Below are positions 49,278-54,416 of a stretch of DNA of 54,416 nucleotides, piece by piece. Made by a program: the position numbers and the translations under genes. Numbering within the stretch: position 1 is the stretch's first letter; the number at the start of each line of letters is the position of its first letter. The DNA is from Candidatus Parcubacteria bacterium. Its GTDB lineage: Bacteria > Patescibacteriota > Minisyncoccia > Phycocordibacterales > CAIJYI01. The DNA is taken from the NCBI GenBank assembly GCA_026395595.1, contig JAPLYL010000008.1, forward strand, positions 1 through 54,416, read 5' to 3'. Below the pieces are notes generated by a model. It was not told the origin of the DNA. It ran no database searches and saw only the letters and a list, made by a program, of their open reading frames with translations.

Positions 49278-49865
49278 TTATATCATTTCAAATTCTTTAA
49301 AGACTTTTCCGTATAACCCGATAACTTCTTTTGCTTGGTGCTTGGAAAGGAGAAACGAAGAACCTTGATGCGCAATGAAATTTCTTACTTTGTGCGCCTT
49401 CCACGCATCGTCCAAAGTAATAAAATCAGATTTCTTTACCAGTTTCAAAGATTCTCCAAGCGTAGATCCGCCATATCCCATTTTTTTGACCATCGCTTCC
49501 AACATGGAATCCGCTTCAATGACCGCAAGCTTCCACTCCGCAGGATTATCGCTTGCCATATGTTTTTGCACGACTTCCCATCTTTTTGATTTCACTTCTT
49601 CAAACTTCACTCTCTGAGAAATGACTTTCTTTTTGTTCTCACGATGAATGCGTTTTATCTTCACTAACAATAACGCTATTCCCAATATAAAAACGGCGGA
49701 GATAATAATGAGAAAAAATTGAAAAGACAAGAAGAAATTACTGGACAGAAAACCATACCAAAAAGCCGTCGGGTCGCTGGCAAAGGAAATAACGCTTGCG
49801 GAAAGAGAAGAGTAGTCAAAAGGAAAAGAAGGATCGGGTGGAAAAATAGAAAAATTAATAGACAT
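49278..49865 (-). CDS. TM-anchored protein with C-terminal HEPN-like (Rx4H) domain
   Basis: One TM segment (FFLIIISAVFILGIALLLV). The C-terminal helical domain contains AHKVRNFIAHQ (R-x4-H). Confidence 0.6.
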   Translation of the reverse strand: MSINFSIFPPDPSFPFDYSSLSASVISFASDPTAFWYGFLSSNFFLSFQFFLIIISAVFILGIALLLVKIKRIHRENKKKVISQRVKFEEVKSKRWEVVQKHMASDNPAEWKLAVIEADSMLEAMVKKMGYGGSTLGESLKLVKKSDFITLDDAWKAHKVRNFIAHQGSSFLLSKHQAKEVIGLYGKVFKEFEMI

Positions 49866-49888
49866 GGTTTATTTTTTTCAAAAAAAAT

Positions 49889-51349
49889 CTACGATATTTC
49901 TCTGCCGACTTTGAAGAGTATTTCTTCTCCAAAATAAGGAGCGATAAGATGAAAACCGAGGGGGAGTTGTTTTCCTTCTTCCTCGACTGTACCCGAAGGA
50001 ACAGAGATTGCGGGAAGTTCGGCCATATTTGCAGGAACGGTAAAAATATCCGCAAGATACATCTGAAGAGGGTCATTCATTTTTTCACCGATTTTAAAAG
50101 CCGGAGACGGAGTGGTTGGGGTCGCAATCAAATCAACTTCTTTAAAAACTCTTTCAAAATCTTTCCTGATGAGCTTCCGCGCTTTGAGCGCATTGCGATA
50201 ATACGCATCAGCGTATCCGGCCGAGAGGACGTAAGCCCCCAATAAAATGCGACGCCTGACTTCTTCGCCAAAACCCTGCGCACGCGTTTTTTTGTACGAA
50301 TCAGAAACATCGGCGCCTTGGACAGAAAGGCCGAAACGTACGCCGTCAAAACGCGCGAGATTGGAAGATACTTCCGCGGGCATAATGATATAATAGGTCG
50401 CGAGAGAATACTTCATATAAGGAAGAGAAACATCGACTATTTCATATCCTTTCGCTTCCAGTTTTTTTATAGTGTCTTCAAAATTTTCAAGAACACGAGG
50501 GTCAAGACCTTTCATGGAAAGAAAATCTCTGGGAATACCAATTTTTATTTTCTTTGCCTCGCTTCCGTCATTCCGGCCCTGAGCCGGAATCCACGTCGTT
50601 TTTTTGTTTTTTAAAACAAGATTTTCAGGTATCGTCGTGCTATCCAGAGGATCGCATCCGCGTATCGCTTCAAAAACAATTTCCGCGTCCTCTACTGTTT
50701 TTGTAAACGGGCCAATCTGATCCAGAGAAGAGGCCATGGCCATAAGGCCAAATCGGGAAACCGCTCCATAGGAAGGTTTCATTCCGACAATCCCACAGAA
50801 AGCCGCCGGCTGTCTAATAGAACCGCCGGTGTCGGAACCGAGAGCCACCAGTGCCATGTCGGAAGCGACCGCCGCGGCGGAACCGCCGGAGGAACCGCCG
50901 GGAACGCGCGCTGTGTCGCGCGGATTTTTTGTTTTCCCGTAAGCGCTCGTTTCCGTAGAGCTCCCCATGGCGAATTCATCCATATTGGTACGTCCAAGAA
51001 AAACCGCGCCGGCCGTTTTTAATTTGGCAATAACCGTTGCATCATACGTACCAATATGCCCTTTGAGAATTTTTGAAGCAGAGGTGGATTCTTTTCCCTC
51101 AATAAGCATATTATCTTTTATCGCCATCGGAATTCCGGTCATAGGACTTCCCTTTCCGGTTTTAATCATTTCATCCGCGCGCTTCGCTTGCTCCAAAACG
51201 TCATCAAAAACCTCAAGATACGCAAAAATCTCTCCGTTCTTTTCTTTGATGGCCTCAAGATAGGCCTGCGCGAGTTCAACCGCAGTAAATTCACCGGAGT
51301 CTAATGACTTCCGGGCTTTAGCGATCGTAAGTTCTGTGAGATGTATCAT
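49889..51349 (-). CDS. gatA: Glu/Asp-tRNA amidotransferase subunit A
   Basis: Amidase signature GGSSGGSAAAVA and the KDN...GxxT pattern. Carries an ~11-aa insert, WIPAQGRNDGS. Confidence 0.95.
   Translation of the reverse strand: MIHLTELTIAKARKSLDSGEFTAVELAQAYLEAIKEKNGEIFAYLEVFDDVLEQAKRADEMIKTGKGSPMTGIPMAIKDNMLIEGKESTSASKILKGHIGTYDATVIAKLKTAGAVFLGRTNMDEFAMGSSTETSAYGKTKNPRDTARVPGGSSGGSAAAVASDMALVALGSDTGGSIRQPAAFCGIVGMKPSYGAVSRFGLMAMASSLDQIGPFTKTVEDAEIVFEAIRGCDPLDSTTIPENLVLKNKKTTWIPAQGRNDGSEAKKIKIGIPRDFLSMKGLDPRVLENFEDTIKKLEAKGYEIVDVSLPYMKYSLATYYIIMPAEVSSNLARFDGVRFGLSVQGADVSDSYKKTRAQGFGEEVRRRILLGAYVLSAGYADAYYRNALKARKLIRKDFERVFKEVDLIATPTTPSPAFKIGEKMNDPLQMYLADIFTVPANMAELPAISVPSGTVEEEGKQLPLGFHLIAPYFGEEILFKVGREIS
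50567..50593. repeat. Related palindromic element inside the gatA coding sequence
   Basis: GTCATTCCGGCCCTGAGCCGGAATCCA has the same GTCATTCC...GGAATCC termini and an internal palindrome. It is read in-frame as WIPAQGRND. Confidence 0.7.
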
Positions 51350-51362
51350 AATGAATATAATT

Positions 51363-51653
51363 CTAGAGTATTTTTCTTACCTTAACATAATTTCCCTCTT
51401 TATTCGGAGCGTTTTGTATAAGTCCTTCCGTATACTTTCCTCCTTCGTGCGGTTCTACATCTTCACGAAAGACATTATGATTTTCTCCGACATCAGAAGT
51501 ATCAGAAGAAATCTTTTCTTTTGCGAGATCCTGCACCTCAGAAACATAGGCCAAAATACCCTCCAGTTTTTGGCGGATATTTTCCAATTCTTCTTCTTTG
51601 ACTTCTATACGGGATAATTCCGCAAGATTTTGGACATCTTTGTTGCTTATCAT
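51363..51653 (-). CDS. gatC: Glu/Asp-tRNA amidotransferase subunit C
   Basis: 96 aa from MISNKDVQNLAELSRIEVKEEE (typical GatC N-terminus). TATTAT box 6 nt upstream of the ATG. The track ORF extension was rejected. Confidence 0.9.
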   Translation of the reverse strand: MISNKDVQNLAELSRIEVKEEELENIRQKLEGILAYVSEVQDLAKEKISSDTSDVGENHNVFREDVEPHEGGKYTEGLIQNAPNKEGNYVKVRKIL

Positions 51654-51659
51654 CGTCCC

Positions 51660-51688
51660 ATAATACCTCATTTTTAAGGCTTGTGCAA
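51660..51688 (-). promoter_or_regulatory. Promoter, leaderless type (TTGCAC-17-TATTAT-6-ATG) for gatC
   Basis: ATG at 51653. No SD. Confidence 0.5.
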
Positions 51689-51920
51689 AAAACATAGATA
51701 TGTTATCGTTGTCTTTGAAAAAAAGAGGGGGTTTTATGTTTAAATGTATAGAAGAAGCATTCGGTAAAATTTTATGCGCGCTCGGACACCACGATCCGAA
51801 ATATCTCAACAAAAAAACCGGGCTATGCCTGTGTACTGCGCCCGTATGAATGCAAAAAAAGGTTGTGCTCATAAAGTAGAAGGGGTAAAAATTCCGCCAA
51901 GACCAAAAGGTTAAAAATAT

Positions 51921-51947
51921 AAAAATCCCGGCACATTCCGGGCTTTT

Positions 51948-51949
<2 letters not shown>
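51921..51949 (-). terminator. Terminator after ligA
   Basis: CCCGG-CACATT-CCGGG with A- and T-runs. It overlaps the ligA stop codon. Confidence 0.7.
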
Positions 51950-53975
<2,026 letters not shown>

Positions 53976-54061
53976 TTATACCCGTCCCAAGAAATTTTGG
54001 AAATGAAATGATTAAAAATGAAATGAAAATTCATCCCCAAACAACTTAACCGAAAATCTTT

Positions 54062-54099
54062 TCGCGGTAAATTCTAGCATATGCTAGAATTTACCGCGA
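54062..54099. promoter_or_regulatory. Perfect 38-bp palindrome upstream of ligA
   Basis: TCGCGGTAAATTCTAGCAT|ATGCTAGAATTTACCGCGA. Contains TGCTAGAAT (an extended -10-like sequence) on both strands. No flanking T-run. Confidence 0.7.
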
Positions 54100-54139
54100 C
54101 AAAATACCCTGATTTCTCCGTGGGGTTTTTAAAAGAAAA

Positions 54140-54416
54140 TTATTCTATTTCAAAATATTTTTTCAATTCTTTATCTTTTGATAAATAATCCACCGAGAGT
54201 ATTTCCACAAATTTTCCCACTCCGAAATAATCGGCAACATAGAGAATTTCTTTTTCGCACGGGTGAGGATATACCCAGACACTTTTTTGGTACTGATAAA
54301 ATCCAAGAGCTTTTAATCTCCACCGAAGCGCTTCCCTCGCTTTTGAAAATTGGACGGGAATATCAAACAAAACAAAGGTCCATTTCCCTCCCCATTTTTT
54401 TGGTTCCGGTAATTGT
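54140..54416 (-). CDS. Hypothetical protein, 5'-truncated by the window edge (Cas2-fold/PaaX-C-like motif)
   Basis: The frame stays open upstream of the track start to nt 54416 (..QLPEPKKWGGKWTFVLFDIPVQ..). The KW(D/G)GKW..FDIP..R..LR..L...GF...Q.SVWV pattern is seen in PaaX/Cas2-like domains. Confidence 0.55.
   Translation of the reverse strand, partial: QLPEPKKWGGKWTFVLFDIPVQFSKAREALRWRLKALGFYQYQKSVWVYPHPCEKEILYVADYFGVGKFVEILSVDYLSKDKELKKYFEIE

Noticed and set aside
51654-51872. N-terminal 73 codons of track ORF 51363-51872 (gatC)
   Set aside because: GatC is ~95 aa and its conserved N-terminus starts at MISNKD. A -10 box lies 6 nt before that ATG, and the extension has no homology-like features.
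54062-54099. 38-bp palindrome as an intrinsic terminator for ORF 54140-54416
   Set aside because: There is no T-run on the relevant strand and no loop. It is kept as a candidate operator or promoter element instead.

Overview
Gene-dense bacterial chromosome segment, about 40% GC by eye, mostly transcribed on the minus strand. The standard code applies: TGA is a stop, for example in the ATGA overlap at 38401-38404. The gene content suggests a streamlined, CPR/Patescibacteria-like organism, but that is inference only because no rRNA is present to confirm it. The clues are many small TM or hypothetical proteins, PilMNO, a group-3-type NiFe hydrogenase, a free-standing LAGLIDADG gene and an L19 with an acidic tail.

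Recognisable content:
- Housekeeping: ligA, gatC-gatA, rplS, ung, ruvX, a DEAD-box helicase, an RluA-family pseudouridine synthase, galU, phosphomanno/glucomutase, a class IV aminotransferase, CsaA, and 5 tRNAs (His, Leu, Val, Arg, Ser).
- Envelope: pilMNO, an L,D-transpeptidase fusion, GH18, GH15, VanW, and a large surface protein.
- Metal handling: a Fur-family regulator with a ZnuACB-like operon, and a CDF exporter.
- A NiFe hydrogenase locus.
- Three selfish-element classes: a RAYT/IS200-like Y1 transposase with REP-like hairpins, a GIY-YIG gene flanked by ATTCCC-N8-GGGAAT palindromes, and a LAGLIDADG endonuclease.

No CRISPR array, rRNA or prophage was seen. Both window edges carry truncated minus-strand ORFs that the supplied ORF track omits (1-2538 and 54140-54416).

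Most interesting candidates:
1. A four-gene operon centred on a 505-aa protein with two tandem divergent GGDEF/palm-like domains (GGDEI, then a degenerate DGGNLF).
2. A minimal two-subunit NiFe hydrogenase whose small and large subunit genes are split by a 675-aa transglutaminase-like/TPR gene. The small subunit is short and has a tandem-Cys motif.
3. A palindromic repeat family that flanks the GIY-YIG gene and also sits in-frame inside gatA.
4. A window-wide promoter pattern with a -10 box 6-8 nt upstream of the start codon, which implies leaderless mRNAs.

All family calls come from motif recognition by eye. No searches were run.
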